Origin: a virus | DNA: 64,000 nt | Virus record (IMG/VR): IMGVR_UViG_3300032050_000010 | Direction: 5' to 3' (one strand) | Shown here: positions 10,607 through 21,548 of the stretch, one piece after another | Position numbering within the stretch: the stretch's first letter is position 1 | How the letters are laid out: each line of letters starts with the position of its first letter | Notes under the pieces: generated by a model | What the model saw: only the letters and a program-made list of their open reading frames with translations | What the model was told of the DNA's origin: nothing | The model's database searches: none | Made by a program: the position numbers and the translations under genes

Positions 10607-11620
10607 ATGTCTGGTATTCTCGATTCAAAAACACGCATCATGGACGTCGTTCTCACTGTTGAGGGCCGTCGCCAGCTCGCTGCAGGAAAATTTGTCCCAC
10701 AGTTCGCATCTTTTACAGATCGACACGTTTTCTACGCAAAAGATGCTGTGAGTGGTTCAGATGATGCATCTTCATACATCTACTTTGAAGCAGGCAATCG
10801 TGTCCAGGATCAGATCGTCATCGAGAACGACGACAGTGGCTTGTTGGTTCCTTATGACGGCAGTACGACAAGAGTTTCGTCTGATGGCCGAGTTTATTCC
10901 GCATCTATCGATACACTGGCATCACCAGGCGGAGCGGGAACTTACAATCGCGTTAACTATGCACCTGTGACGAGCTCATTTGCATCCATGTTTGAGCTGG
11001 TCAGCGGATCCATCCTTGACAGTCTGACTGAGCAGCAACTCATACAGACGTCACTACCCTACGAGATCTACAGTCAATTCAAGCTGACGACAGGATCTAT
11101 CACTTTCCGAAGAAACAACTTTGTCCCATTTCGTGGAACGCAGCCTGTAGGTCAGATTGGATCACTTGATCCTTTCATGATTGACCGTCAACTCTCTCAT
11201 CTAGATAATTTTCAGTTTTTAGCACCTGTCTACGTAGATGATACTGACATCCAGCAAAATTTGGGTACGTACCTGCCAATCTCTGAAGTAGAACCACTAA
11301 CTTATGATGAGCTAATGCGCAATCTTGTCGGATCAGATCCTCAAGTTTCTCTCAAGGAGAAGATAACTGTTGACTTTGCTGAGACATCTCTTGCGAGTAA
11401 CGTCTTCATGCAGATCTTTGAAGGCTCAACAACAGACAGCACAGGTGTTGAGATGCTCAAGAAACTTGACTGCATTGACTTTGGTGAGTTTAAAGATGAG
11501 AATGACAGGCAGCGCCCGTTCAAGCGCGTATTTTTCGTCGGCAAGGTTTATGCTGCTGACAGCGAGGATAACTTTCAGGCACCTGCCTTCGTCAATCTCT
11601 TTACAATCGTGGCGGAGTAA
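10607..11620 (+). CDS. Virion protein; N-terminus paralogous to 19582..20286
   Basis: 337 aa; MSGILDSKTRIMDVVLTVEGRRQLAAGKF..FASFTD. Confidence 0.6.
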   Translation: MSGILDSKTRIMDVVLTVEGRRQLAAGKFVPQFASFTDRHVFYAKDAVSGSDDASSYIYFEAGNRVQDQIVIENDDSGLLVPYDGSTTRVSSDGRVYSASIDTLASPGGAGTYNRVNYAPVTSSFASMFELVSGSILDSLTEQQLIQTSLPYEIYSQFKLTTGSITFRRNNFVPFRGTQPVGQIGSLDPFMIDRQLSHLDNFQFLAPVYVDDTDIQQNLGTYLPISEVEPLTYDELMRNLVGSDPQVSLKEKITVDFAETSLASNVFMQIFEGSTTDSTGVEMLKKLDCIDFGEFKDENDRQRPFKRVFFVGKVYAADSEDNFQAPAFVNLFTIVAE

Positions 11621-14038
11621 ATGAACACAGTCAACAGCGATCTGATCACGATCATCAAAGATCTCCCACAGTCAAGCATTGACCTCAAAACTGTGACCGT
11701 TGACGATAGACAGTTCTATGAGTACACAGTCAGCTTCTTGGTCGACCAGATTGCAGCTTATGCTGCAAATGTTAGGACGATGCGTGTTGATATTGCTTAC
11801 AAGCGTGTGGGCAAGACATTCGCGCTTCTTGGTGGAAGAACTTTCGCAACAACGAGCGATATCAACAACCAGATCCTCGGCGGTAAAAGGATCCGAAGAG
11901 ATTTCGTCAATGATCGTGATAAAGAACAGCTAGATAACACCATCACGACCCGACGAGCAGACATTTTCTCACGCTCAAGGAAAGTGAGTCGTTTTCGTCT
12001 GCAAGGTTCAAGATTTGTTGATCTTGCAGTCATTGAGAGCACATTTGAGCCCGTTGCAGGCTTGCCCTCTAGTCAAGTATCAAAGATCATCGCATCTGAT
12101 CTTATCAAGAACACACCTCCCGAGGCTACGTCGTCCAGCGGCGTCAACGTGTACTCAAATCTAACTTTGTCAGGCAGAGATCCTGCAAAGCAGATTGTGG
12201 GTGCAAGCCTAGTTGAAGATGCTGAGATTGCTCGCAAGGGAATGGGTGCAGCACAACAGCAGCAGCGCACCATCGGGGGTGCGTTCACAACAACAGCACT
12301 CCAGGGCAACAGGAACAACCTCCTTCCTGCAACTTTAACAGCACAGAAGCGTCAGAAAGTATCAACAGACGTGCTGCTACCGCACACATTTCGAATCCCA
12401 GCATCTTTGACACCGCCCAGCGGTAAATTTACCATCATATGCACGATCAGGAAGGCAAATGGTGACCTTGTCCAGAAGATTGACTTTACAATTAATCATG
12501 CGCGCCAGCTCATCAAAAATAGCGTACCAAGTCAGCTTCCAGCGATCGGCGTCCAATTTGTGTCTAAGACGACTGCACAAGTCAATGTCTTCAACAAAGA
12601 TCCTCGAGTGACTGGGATTAGGATCTACAATCGAGACGTTCCCACCTATCAGTCTGTGGCCCAGCAAGCACCATTCAAGGTCGTTGGAACACTTCCAGCA
12701 GATTGGCGCCAGCAGGCAATCACGAGAAAGTTACCGATCAAGTCAACAACAAATAAGATCATTCGTGCTGTGCCTGTGCTTACATCTGGCATTGTGCTAG
12801 GCAATTTTGAGAGTAAAACGCTGTCTGTGAGAGATGAACTTGTCGCGGGTACAGTTGTCGCAACTGCGAACAAAGGAAATGTGACCATTGAGCTGTTCGG
12901 TGCTCCTGCAAATTACAAGTACGTCCAGTTTGTGCGTCGATCTATCGACAAGAAACAGAAGCAATGGGATAACATACAGACACCACTAAAGATAGGTGCC
13001 GGGATCGCTACAATTGAAGATTTGACAGTCAACACTGAGCGCACATATGAGTATGCTGCCTTCCTGCAGGACACTTACGGTAATATTAAGCGTGCAAGAA
13101 CAACATCCGTGGTTAGAGTTACTGACTACACATCAGGCACGGAAATTAGTGTTACGCAGAAGAGTGTAAATGTCAGCGGTGCGAGCACCACAACAACATT
13201 CAATGTGTCTGTTACACTTACTAAGGATAGTGATACAACAGCAATCCTAAACGCGACGAAAGAGCAGGGAATTGATAACTACTTTGAAGAAGAGACGTTA
13301 AAGTTGTCGGGCGATCTGTCTTCCATCACAAAGGTGAATGTTAGAAGGGTATCGCTCGACACAGGTGAGATCAAAGATCTGGGTGTTGTGACACCTGGAG
13401 ATTTTACTGATACAGCGACTGAGAATGTCGTCTACATCTTTGAGGGCCTCCTACGAGGCCAAGCTGATCTTTTTGAAGAGATAGGTGCAGATAAGACGTC
13501 ACCCCGTGTTTTCAATCCGAGAGATGCTCTCCAGCGAAGTCAAATTGTGTCGTCAAACTTGACGTCAAAACCACAACTTTCAAAAGTTAACTTCACACAG
13601 AAGTTCCTGTCCAAGAAGGCTACGCTGCGGGGAACTTTGTCGTATGGCAACACAAAAGTTACCGATGTCGACACATCAGGTTTCTTGCAAGGGCGTCTAG
13701 GTATCACGGATATATTTGCTGTAAATCAAACAGCTGGATCGACAAATATCAATAACTTTGAACTCGTCACAGTTGATGAAGGCCGCCGCCTCATATCATT
13801 TGATGTAACCAGCACAACCGCACAAAAAGTCATCGACTTCTTTATCATCTCAACGATCAAGGGCGGCGTGAGATCTATCGTTGGAACGTGTCACTACGTT
13901 GACGATAGTGTGCGACAAAATTTCCTTGATGACAAGACGAGGTTGAGGACGGGGCAGATTGCATATGTCGTCACTCCTGTCAAGTACGATGGAACAACGC
14001 TAAATGAGACAACAACGCGTCAATTCGAGGTGGTGTGA
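11621..14038 (+). CDS. Hypothetical virion protein with probable Fn3/Ig-like repeats
   Basis: 805 aa; Fn3-like signatures (IEDLTVNTERTYEYAA; FLDDKTRLRTGQIAYVVTPV). Confidence 0.5.
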   Translation: MNTVNSDLITIIKDLPQSSIDLKTVTVDDRQFYEYTVSFLVDQIAAYAANVRTMRVDIAYKRVGKTFALLGGRTFATTSDINNQILGGKRIRRDFVNDRDKEQLDNTITTRRADIFSRSRKVSRFRLQGSRFVDLAVIESTFEPVAGLPSSQVSKIIASDLIKNTPPEATSSSGVNVYSNLTLSGRDPAKQIVGASLVEDAEIARKGMGAAQQQQRTIGGAFTTTALQGNRNNLLPATLTAQKRQKVSTDVLLPHTFRIPASLTPPSGKFTIICTIRKANGDLVQKIDFTINHARQLIKNSVPSQLPAIGVQFVSKTTAQVNVFNKDPRVTGIRIYNRDVPTYQSVAQQAPFKVVGTLPADWRQQAITRKLPIKSTTNKIIRAVPVLTSGIVLGNFESKTLSVRDELVAGTVVATANKGNVTIELFGAPANYKYVQFVRRSIDKKQKQWDNIQTPLKIGAGIATIEDLTVNTERTYEYAAFLQDTYGNIKRARTTSVVRVTDYTSGTEISVTQKSVNVSGASTTTTFNVSVTLTKDSDTTAILNATKEQGIDNYFEEETLKLSGDLSSITKVNVRRVSLDTGEIKDLGVVTPGDFTDTATENVVYIFEGLLRGQADLFEEIGADKTSPRVFNPRDALQRSQIVSSNLTSKPQLSKVNFTQKFLSKKATLRGTLSYGNTKVTDVDTSGFLQGRLGITDIFAVNQTAGSTNINNFELVTVDEGRRLISFDVTSTTAQKVIDFFIISTIKGGVRSIVGTCHYVDDSVRQNFLDDKTRLRTGQIAYVVTPVKYDGTTLNETTTRQFEVV

Positions 14039-17000
14039 TGCCTTATGATTATAGAAGTACATTATCTAACTTGCAGGTTCAAGCACAGCGCAATAGAACA
14101 GCAGATACTGCAACTAATGCATTTTCTGATGCACAATCAGCAAGAGAAGAAGCAGGCAGCAGAGGAACAACAGCTGAAGACATTACAGCACGATTAGCGC
14201 AGCGAGGGCCGAGTTTTGGGTCGCCCGGACCGACAATAAATGATAGAGGAACAGCCGCAGGCGCGCTTGCATCTCGATTGGGCCAGCGAGGGCCGAGTTT
14301 TGGGTCAAGGTCAACAACAGGCGCAGTGCGAGGCAGCGTGCAGCAGCGCCAGAACTATGGAAGCATGCTACAACAAATGCTTGAAGACGATCAAGATTAT
14401 AACTTGCTAGATGCTTCATCGCGTGATGTTTACCTCACCGCCTCACATGGATTGACGTCACAGTATCCAGCAATTCTATTGACGACACCTAGAACGGCTA
14501 AAGTTGTAGATGTAGGCTCTGGATTGACAACAACACCGTTCATTATTGATCTCAATAATGAAGTCAAGAAGACAGTTGAGAGTGACGTCAAAGCAGCACT
14601 TGATCAAAACACGGCATTACTGCAGCTTACAACTACCCAATATGATCAGAATGTGCAGATTGCAAGGCAATATTCAGATCTATGCTTACAAACTGCAATT
14701 TCGAAAGATAAGCTGATCAGGCTTCTAAATATTGCAAATGTTGACACAAATCAGAATTCTTACTTTAGATCGTTTAATTTAATTGGAGAACGTTACGACT
14801 ATCTAAGAAGTGTAAGCAGCATTACAGATTATTTGAAGAACATAAATGAAGATTACAACATCAATGTGTTTGAAGTTGGTACAAATACACAATCAATTGC
14901 TCAAATACTGAAGACAGTATATTTTTATTTCTTATTTGGCGAGCTGTCTTTCACTGAAAATTATTCTTTAAACGGACCCTATGCAGCTGCTAAAGAAGGA
15001 ATAGTAGATGGGTACTTGAGTGAATTTTATGTTAATCAGATTAGAAATCTTAGAAAAATTGTACCTGAAATCGTGTCAATTGATGACACAAACGTTAGAT
15101 CAGTTCAGCTGTATGATAATGGCAGCCCAATATTTGGATTTGAACCATTCAAGAATGCAGACAAAATTACAAGCCTTGTTCGCCTAATTCAGAGAGATTT
15201 AACAATTCATGGTTTAAGAAACGAGCAATTTGAAATAACGGGAAGTACAACAGATGTTACAGCTCTAGATGTACTGGGAAATTACACATCGCTGTACACA
15301 CAGATCAAGGATTATGAGCGCGCAACTTCTGAAGATCGTGATGTTGTGTCAATTGGATATAGAAATATTAATGAGATCTTAGAGACATCTGATGCCGTAG
15401 TAGGTTTTCGGTCAGAAACAAGAGCCTCGTCATCACAGAGATTTCGTGATGCTCTCGTTACCGTCGACTCGGGTGGAATTGGATATGGTAAATTTGATGT
15501 TGTCAAAGGTATTGATTACTTAATCTACGACGATCTTTCAAGATCAAACTCATCACTAGAATTTTCTAATCTCTTGAATTCATCAGAACAGTATGATCTT
15601 TACGCAAGACAGATCAACGATCTTGTTTTTAACACGATAGTGCAGAACCAGAGCGCAATTGTTGACAAGATAAAAGATTACTTTTTAAGTTTTATACGAG
15701 GATCAGAGATCAATACAGATGAAATAAGCAGCAGTGGAAGTGCATTCAGAATTGCATGCTTTGTCATGGCTGCAAATGATGATAAAACTATGACGCGCCT
15801 TTTTAGACTGATATGTGCACTTGATAAGAAGATAAATGATGATGATTTAAATCAAGAAGAAATAAGCGCTGCGCGCCTAAAATTGGCTGATGATATTTTT
15901 AGTAAAAGAAATGCTGAAACTGGTGACGGAAATGTCACAATTCTAGGTGCACAAGCAGAGCGTGTCATACAAAGCGTAAATTACTCAACAGTGTTCTCTT
16001 ACATGCAAGATGATGACTCGTCATTTCAAACATTTCACAATGTTGTTAGAGAAACAGAAAGAGTTTTGATTGATGACATAGGAAACTTTCAAAGGTTTTT
16101 TGATGCAAGGACATCTTTTGGTTTGACACTTACTAGAGATGCACGTGCATTTGTCATTTTAAATCTCTTCTTAAGCATCTTTAGAGAGATGAATATAACT
16201 GTTGATTACTCACCCACTGATCAAAAAATGACTGTCAAGTACTATCCAGATCAATTTAAAGCACTAAAACTTTCTATAGAGAATGCCGAACTATCACCTT
16301 CTGATTTAGATACAACTATCAATCAATATCTGGCAAATTCAACCGATTTTGTCAATAGCAATAGAGTTCAAAAATTCAAGGATAGTGTCCGGTACTTACA
16401 GAGCACCTACTTCAATTCAATAGTTCAAAAGATCAACCAGCAAAATCAAGTTTGTCTCGATCTAGTAAATCTTTTGGTCAATCATGCGCAACAGATCAAA
16501 AATCAGGCTCAAGATTTCAAGACAAAAGTTGAAAATGTCGCGCGCCTGCAACGATCTAATCAGCTCCAGAGCACTGAGTCGCTTCTCAACGCTATTCAAT
16601 CAGAGCAAGCTTTTCTTAAGAGAAATATTGTTGATCGATACACAAACCTCTTACGAGGTGCAGCTTATCTTCCAACTGCGATAGATCACAATGTGGGTCA
16701 AGCATTGAATACAAAGACAGCGGTCGCAACTCATCCAGATTTGAACGACCCAATTAGCGACATAGTGACTAGACAGTTCCTAGTAGCTGTTGGGTTGCCA
16801 ACGGGCCTAATGGAGACACTAAGATATCAAAATACTGTGTCAACATCAGAGCACCTTTATAGCATTGATCTAGTATTTAAGAACATCCAGGTTACACAGG
16901 ATGAAGAAGATACACGTACACTTGAGTCGTTTGTGACAAAAGGGTACACATTTTCAACACGTGTCTTTATTAATGAGGGCGCGCAGCAAACAGGTGGAGC

Positions 17001-17715
17001 TGACACTAGAGCAAGTGAACTAAAAAATTACAGTCAGATTTATGGTGCTACAAAGTACAAAATTATTGATGATGCAGGAAACTATCGTGATATCTCAATT
17101 ACTGACCTTGAGAGCATCCTGGGAGATAGTAAAATTGTCAATAACCATCTCATGAGCCATTATGCAAAGCTATTGTTGAAGACGACGGCAGGTATAACAC
17201 TTGATGAGGAGGTTTTTGATCTCATCCCACAAGGTAGACGCTACCCAGATGCTGCACAGGATGCTAATTACACGACAATAGTTGATCGAATTGCAGTCAA
17301 CTATCCAGATACACCGGAAGGCCAGCTCAACAAGGAGCGTGTACTTCGCGATCTATCGAGGTCAATACAGCTTGCACCCGATCAGCACAAGACATCAATG
17401 ATGGTGTCAAAGACGTTTGAAAGGATACATGTGATACCTGTCGACGTCAGTGAAGTTATTGAGCAACTCCAGATCAGCAGAGAAGACATTGCATTTTTAG
17501 ATGTCGTTGCCAAGGTTCGTCTTGAAGCAAGTCAGCCACCCGTCTCATTTGAGGCAGCAACAACACGTAGAAGCTACTCAAATGCGCTCCAGAATGCTTT
17601 GACAACATTTGTGGAAACAGATGTTAGGTCACAAGGCATTGATAGTGTAGGAATAAATGCTGTCGTAGAGACAAGCAATCGATTTGGTGGACGCCTAGGA
17701 GGTAATAACAGATGA
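14035..17715 (+). CDS. Large hypothetical protein (predicted helical core, low-complexity N-terminus)
   Basis: 1226 aa; overlaps both neighbours by 4 nt. Confidence 0.55.
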   Translation: MMPYDYRSTLSNLQVQAQRNRTADTATNAFSDAQSAREEAGSRGTTAEDITARLAQRGPSFGSPGPTINDRGTAAGALASRLGQRGPSFGSRSTTGAVRGSVQQRQNYGSMLQQMLEDDQDYNLLDASSRDVYLTASHGLTSQYPAILLTTPRTAKVVDVGSGLTTTPFIIDLNNEVKKTVESDVKAALDQNTALLQLTTTQYDQNVQIARQYSDLCLQTAISKDKLIRLLNIANVDTNQNSYFRSFNLIGERYDYLRSVSSITDYLKNINEDYNINVFEVGTNTQSIAQILKTVYFYFLFGELSFTENYSLNGPYAAAKEGIVDGYLSEFYVNQIRNLRKIVPEIVSIDDTNVRSVQLYDNGSPIFGFEPFKNADKITSLVRLIQRDLTIHGLRNEQFEITGSTTDVTALDVLGNYTSLYTQIKDYERATSEDRDVVSIGYRNINEILETSDAVVGFRSETRASSSQRFRDALVTVDSGGIGYGKFDVVKGIDYLIYDDLSRSNSSLEFSNLLNSSEQYDLYARQINDLVFNTIVQNQSAIVDKIKDYFLSFIRGSEINTDEISSSGSAFRIACFVMAANDDKTMTRLFRLICALDKKINDDDLNQEEISAARLKLADDIFSKRNAETGDGNVTILGAQAERVIQSVNYSTVFSYMQDDDSSFQTFHNVVRETERVLIDDIGNFQRFFDARTSFGLTLTRDARAFVILNLFLSIFREMNITVDYSPTDQKMTVKYYPDQFKALKLSIENAELSPSDLDTTINQYLANSTDFVNSNRVQKFKDSVRYLQSTYFNSIVQKINQQNQVCLDLVNLLVNHAQQIKNQAQDFKTKVENVARLQRSNQLQSTESLLNAIQSEQAFLKRNIVDRYTNLLRGAAYLPTAIDHNVGQALNTKTAVATHPDLNDPISDIVTRQFLVAVGLPTGLMETLRYQNTVSTSEHLYSIDLVFKNIQVTQDEEDTRTLESFVTKGYTFSTRVFINEGAQQTGGADTRASELKNYSQIYGATKYKIIDDAGNYRDISITDLESILGDSKIVNNHLMSHYAKLLLKTTAGITLDEEVFDLIPQGRRYPDAAQDANYTTIVDRIAVNYPDTPEGQLNKERVLRDLSRSIQLAPDQHKTSMMVSKTFERIHVIPVDVSEVIEQLQISREDIAFLDVVAKVRLEASQPPVSFEAATTRRSYSNALQNALTTFVETDVRSQGIDSVGINAVVETSNRFGGRLGGNNR
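14161..14306 (+). repeat. Degenerate 84-bp in-frame tandem duplication
   Basis: Identical 23-mer cagcgagggccgagttttgggtc at 14200-14222 and 14284-14306; agaggaaca at 14161 and 14245; peptide R-L-x-QRGPSFGS occurs twice. Confidence 0.85.
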
Positions 17716-19532
17716 CCGAGACAGTCATATCAAAACCTGCTTTGTTAGTTGATCTTCCCGAAGTCAGCAGCATAGAAGCAAAGTTCGTCTACAACTTTTT
17801 TACGTCCGATGAGCGTACTAACGAGACGTCTAATGTGTACGGTAGCGTCGGTTTTACATCGACCGACGTTGATCTAACAACATCAACGTATACAGATAAT
17901 ATCGGTACATCGAACATACAAAATGAAACACTCAGAGCGTTTTATGGACGCAACGCTGTCTATCCCAGATTTAACAGAATAACCATCACAAAGCCTCCTG
18001 TCGCAATTGATAGAAACTTATCAATTAGTAGAACAGATATAAAGGGAAATGTTGCTCGAGAAGCTGCGCTTAATGTGTTTGGAAGAGTAGGTGTCAGCAT
18101 TATTGACACAACGCTGGACAAGACAATTTACCGTATCCTGTCAGGGTCAATCACTGCTCTCCAAGATCAAGAAACTAGCAGCGCATCAAGAAGAATTCTT
18201 GATGCCGTCGTGAATAGCATACAGCCCGACGGATACAGATACGCAGTGTCTGATATGCGTCAAATCAAAGTTAGTGCTGTTGAAGAGACACTACGTGGGC
18301 TTGAGTTTGGCTTTTCTTTTCTACCTACTGTTGCAGGAACAGTTGCAGATGCCAGCCTAAGCTCACCGAAGAATGTTTATGCAGATGAGATCTCTAGTAC
18401 ACAAACGGAATTGAATGAAGTGGAAGATCAATCTGTTGCTGGGAGCAGGCCATACGTTCTCAGAACATCTGACTATGAAGCAGATTTTAATTTTATTGAT
18501 GATGCTGTCATTGTCTCACCGACACTCAAGAATAATTTAATCGGCTACATCATTCAAAAGTTTGGCACACGTGACGATGGAACAGTCGACATCTTTAGTG
18601 AGAAGCTTGATCTCAATCCAAATACAACTTCGTTCATCGATCCTGAGATCGCATACGGAAGAAGTTACAAGTACAGAGTGATCTCTCTGTATGCATGTCA
18701 GTTTCAGATGAACCAGCAAGTGACAACAGCATTTGGAACCGAAGAAGATAAAGTTGTGACCAGGTATGCCCTGTTTGCATCAAGAGGATCAGATGCATCC
18801 GTCGTCTGCGAAGAGTACATTGCACCTCCTCCACCCGTTGATCTCGCATTTAGATATCGAGCTGACAATACAGGCTTAAACATTACGTGGAATTTTCCCA
18901 TCAACTTGCAAGCTGACATTAAGAAAATTCAAGTTTTTCGGAGAAGCTCGACTTCTGAGCCATTTCAGTTACTTAGAATGTACGATTTTGACGACTCAGT
19001 TGTCAAGACACCAGATCCAGAGCGTGTACCAGAACGCCTGATAACACGTAGCTTGCTACCCACTACGCTGCACAGAGACACAGAGTTCACTAAGAACAGT
19101 AGGTTCATCTATGCAGTGTGTGCCATCGACGCGCACGGCTACACGTCTAACTACTCAGTGCAGCTTGAAGCATCTTACGATAGATACCGCAATAGGATTA
19201 ACACGCGTGTCATCTCTAGATCCGATGCGCCTAAGCCATACCCTAACATTTTTCTTAACCGTGACACATTTGTCGATACCATGAAGATGTCAGGCTACAC
19301 ACGCCTCAACATTTATTTTGATCCTGAGTACATCAGCATCACAGATGCAACTGGCGATGATCAAGAGCACGTTGTCTTCAACAATAATCGCGGCGATGAT
19401 AACAGTTATAAACTACTTGTTGTTAATACTGACTTCCAGCAGAGCCAAACGCTTGATATTAAGATCAACGATAGTTATGTTGAACCTCCAGTTATCACGC
19501 CTTCGACAGCCCGTGTCTTTAGGCCCACGTAA
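17712..19532 (+). CDS. Virion protein with Fn3-like domains
   Basis: 606 aa; FIDPEIAYGRSYKYRV, PPPPVDL...ITWNFP, FIYAVCAIDAHG. Confidence 0.55.
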   Translation: MTETVISKPALLVDLPEVSSIEAKFVYNFFTSDERTNETSNVYGSVGFTSTDVDLTTSTYTDNIGTSNIQNETLRAFYGRNAVYPRFNRITITKPPVAIDRNLSISRTDIKGNVAREAALNVFGRVGVSIIDTTLDKTIYRILSGSITALQDQETSSASRRILDAVVNSIQPDGYRYAVSDMRQIKVSAVEETLRGLEFGFSFLPTVAGTVADASLSSPKNVYADEISSTQTELNEVEDQSVAGSRPYVLRTSDYEADFNFIDDAVIVSPTLKNNLIGYIIQKFGTRDDGTVDIFSEKLDLNPNTTSFIDPEIAYGRSYKYRVISLYACQFQMNQQVTTAFGTEEDKVVTRYALFASRGSDASVVCEEYIAPPPPVDLAFRYRADNTGLNITWNFPINLQADIKKIQVFRRSSTSEPFQLLRMYDFDDSVVKTPDPERVPERLITRSLLPTTLHRDTEFTKNSRFIYAVCAIDAHGYTSNYSVQLEASYDRYRNRINTRVISRSDAPKPYPNIFLNRDTFVDTMKMSGYTRLNIYFDPEYISITDATGDDQEHVVFNNNRGDDNSYKLLVVNTDFQQSQTLDIKINDSYVEPPVITPSTARVFRPT

Positions 19533-19581
19533 TATTTAACTTATAACTTCAAGCAAAGAATATTTAGAAACAGGTGTACAA

Positions 19582-20286
19582 ATGGGTTTTCTCAATCAAA
19601 CAACAAACAACATCATCGTTGACGCAGTTTTAACTGACCTGGGTCGACAGTTTCTCGCGAGAAATGATGGTAGTTTCAACATCGTTAAGTTCGCACTAGC
19701 TGACAATGAAGTTGACTACACGGTCATACAGCAGTACGGTCGTCTTGTTGGAAAAGACAAGATCGAGAAGAACACACCAGTGTTTGAAGCTTCAACTAAT
19801 GCAAACATTGCGCTCAAGTACAAGCTGGTAAGCATCTCAAATCCTGCCTTGACATTGCTCCCATCCCTCACACTTGATTACGGATCAGCGATCGTTAATT
19901 CTAATGTCGTGTCGATCTCACGCCTCACACAGAACCCATCCCTCACGATCACTGTTAAGCAGTCGATCACGCAAGGTAACTTTGTCTCACCTGAGCTCAT
20001 TGATAATGCATTTGAAGTTCGAGTCAACGACCTTTTCCTAGGCCTCCAGAACCTCGTGCCCGACTCAGTTGATGCAAGCAACAATGCAACCTACCTTGTT
20101 GACAGGTCGTCAGCACTGTCAAGCGCAAGTGAAGCATCCGGACAGTTCACGCTGCGCCTCAAGACATTCTCTCAGACACTGTTCGACACATACAAGTCAA
20201 GTGGCCTCAATGTTGTTAGAACATACGTTCGTATTACAGGCATCAACTCTGGTGCCGTCAAAGAATTTGAAGTAAGGATCAGCTAG
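19582..20286 (+). CDS. Conserved virion/baseplate protein
   Basis: 234 aa; MGFLNQTTNNIIVDAVLTDLGRQFLARNDGSFNIVKFALADNEVDY. Confidence 0.6.
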   Translation: MGFLNQTTNNIIVDAVLTDLGRQFLARNDGSFNIVKFALADNEVDYTVIQQYGRLVGKDKIEKNTPVFEASTNANIALKYKLVSISNPALTLLPSLTLDYGSAIVNSNVVSISRLTQNPSLTITVKQSITQGNFVSPELIDNAFEVRVNDLFLGLQNLVPDSVDASNNATYLVDRSSALSSASEASGQFTLRLKTFSQTLFDTYKSSGLNVVRTYVRITGINSGAVKEFEVRIS

Positions 20287-20294
20287 GATAAAAA

Positions 20295-21488
20295 ATGCCC
20301 ACATTTAAAGAGATAACTGCTGCAGATATCAAGACTAGCAGATCAGCGCTCAACCAGCTGGTCGACGTCATCCAGAACGACATCTCGAGCTCAGATACGC
20401 GCAAGAAGTATCAAGTGTTCGTCACAGGCGGTATAGGGCCTGGCGTCACATCGTCGCTGTTTCAGACAGTTTTCGACCAGGATTACACTCTTCAGACGGC
20501 AAATGAGGTGCTTGACCTAACAGTAGGCCTCTTCTCAGGTAGCTCAACAGTTGCTGGTAGCACAACTGGCGTCGATTCGGCAGGCAAGCTTCTTTTCCCA
20601 TCACAGTCATTGATGATGAGAGAGAAGATCAACGTCTACCGACAGTTCGCACAGACACTGCTCGGTGATGCAGATGCTCAATTCTCGGCACCGTTCAGCA
20701 ATCCTGCAACAACTGACTACATTGACGAGGCAATATTCGTCAACATCAAGCGCCTATTCGCACGTGACCGCGTCAAACCACAGACATTTGCGATGCAGTT
20801 CTACACGACTGGCGTCGTTGATAGTACAACGTCAGGTCAGCCTGCCTATTCAAATATTGATAGAACATCAACGTCAGGATCAGCCATTTTGACAGATGCA
20901 GGACAAGGGACGCAGTTTGGTTTCGGTGGCCAAGTTGGCGATATTGCATTCTCCACGCTGTCATCTAATGTCGTAGGTAATCTCTTCTACGATCAAGGCA
21001 TCATAGTTCTAGACGCCAAGAAGGTTCTATCAGGGACGCAACATGTGTCGGGAACAATTGACGCTATGTCATCAGGCGGTACAGCAGTAATTGGAAGTGC
21101 AAGTGGAAATCCAAATGCCAAATTTATCCCTGATTTCTTTGTATCAGGATCGATCGATGACATCGTTGACCATCTTGCATCCTGCAGATTTAGCTCTGGC
21201 TCTCTCACAGCGCTGACGTTCCAGAATGTCACCAACATCAATTCAACCTTGGTGTTCTGTCGTGCCACGTCGGATGAGTTCAACTACTCGTCAAATCCCA
21301 CTTTCACTGACGCAGACGGTAATATCATTGTCATCGATGATCCTACGTCTGATCGAACATTCAGCTACATCACAACGGTGGGTCTCTACGATGCAAACGA
21401 TAACTTGCTGGCAGTTGCCAAGATGAGTCGTCCAATCGAGAAGAATGATGAGAAGGATTTGACATTTAGAGTAAGATTAGATTTTTAA
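20295..21488 (+). CDS. Virion protein with tail-collar/fibre-attachment-like C-terminus
   Basis: 397 aa; ends YITTVGLYDANDNLLAVAKMSRPIEKNDEKDLTFRVRLDF. Confidence 0.6.
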   Translation: MPTFKEITAADIKTSRSALNQLVDVIQNDISSSDTRKKYQVFVTGGIGPGVTSSLFQTVFDQDYTLQTANEVLDLTVGLFSGSSTVAGSTTGVDSAGKLLFPSQSLMMREKINVYRQFAQTLLGDADAQFSAPFSNPATTDYIDEAIFVNIKRLFARDRVKPQTFAMQFYTTGVVDSTTSGQPAYSNIDRTSTSGSAILTDAGQGTQFGFGGQVGDIAFSTLSSNVVGNLFYDQGIIVLDAKKVLSGTQHVSGTIDAMSSGGTAVIGSASGNPNAKFIPDFFVSGSIDDIVDHLASCRFSSGSLTALTFQNVTNINSTLVFCRATSDEFNYSSNPTFTDADGNIIVIDDPTSDRTFSYITTVGLYDANDNLLAVAKMSRPIEKNDEKDLTFRVRLDF

Positions 21489-21517
21489 ATCTTTTTTGTC
21501 GTTCTTCTCTTTTAAAG

Positions 21518-21546
21518 TGCGCGTTATATTTAATCTATAGAGCGCA
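21518..21546 (+). promoter_or_regulatory. Hairpin containing ATATTTA and covering the endonuclease ribosome-binding region
   Basis: tgcgcgttata (21518-28) pairs with tatagagcgca (21536-46), with one mismatch and one G-U; ATG at 21549. Confidence 0.55.
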
Positions 21547-21548
21547 TC

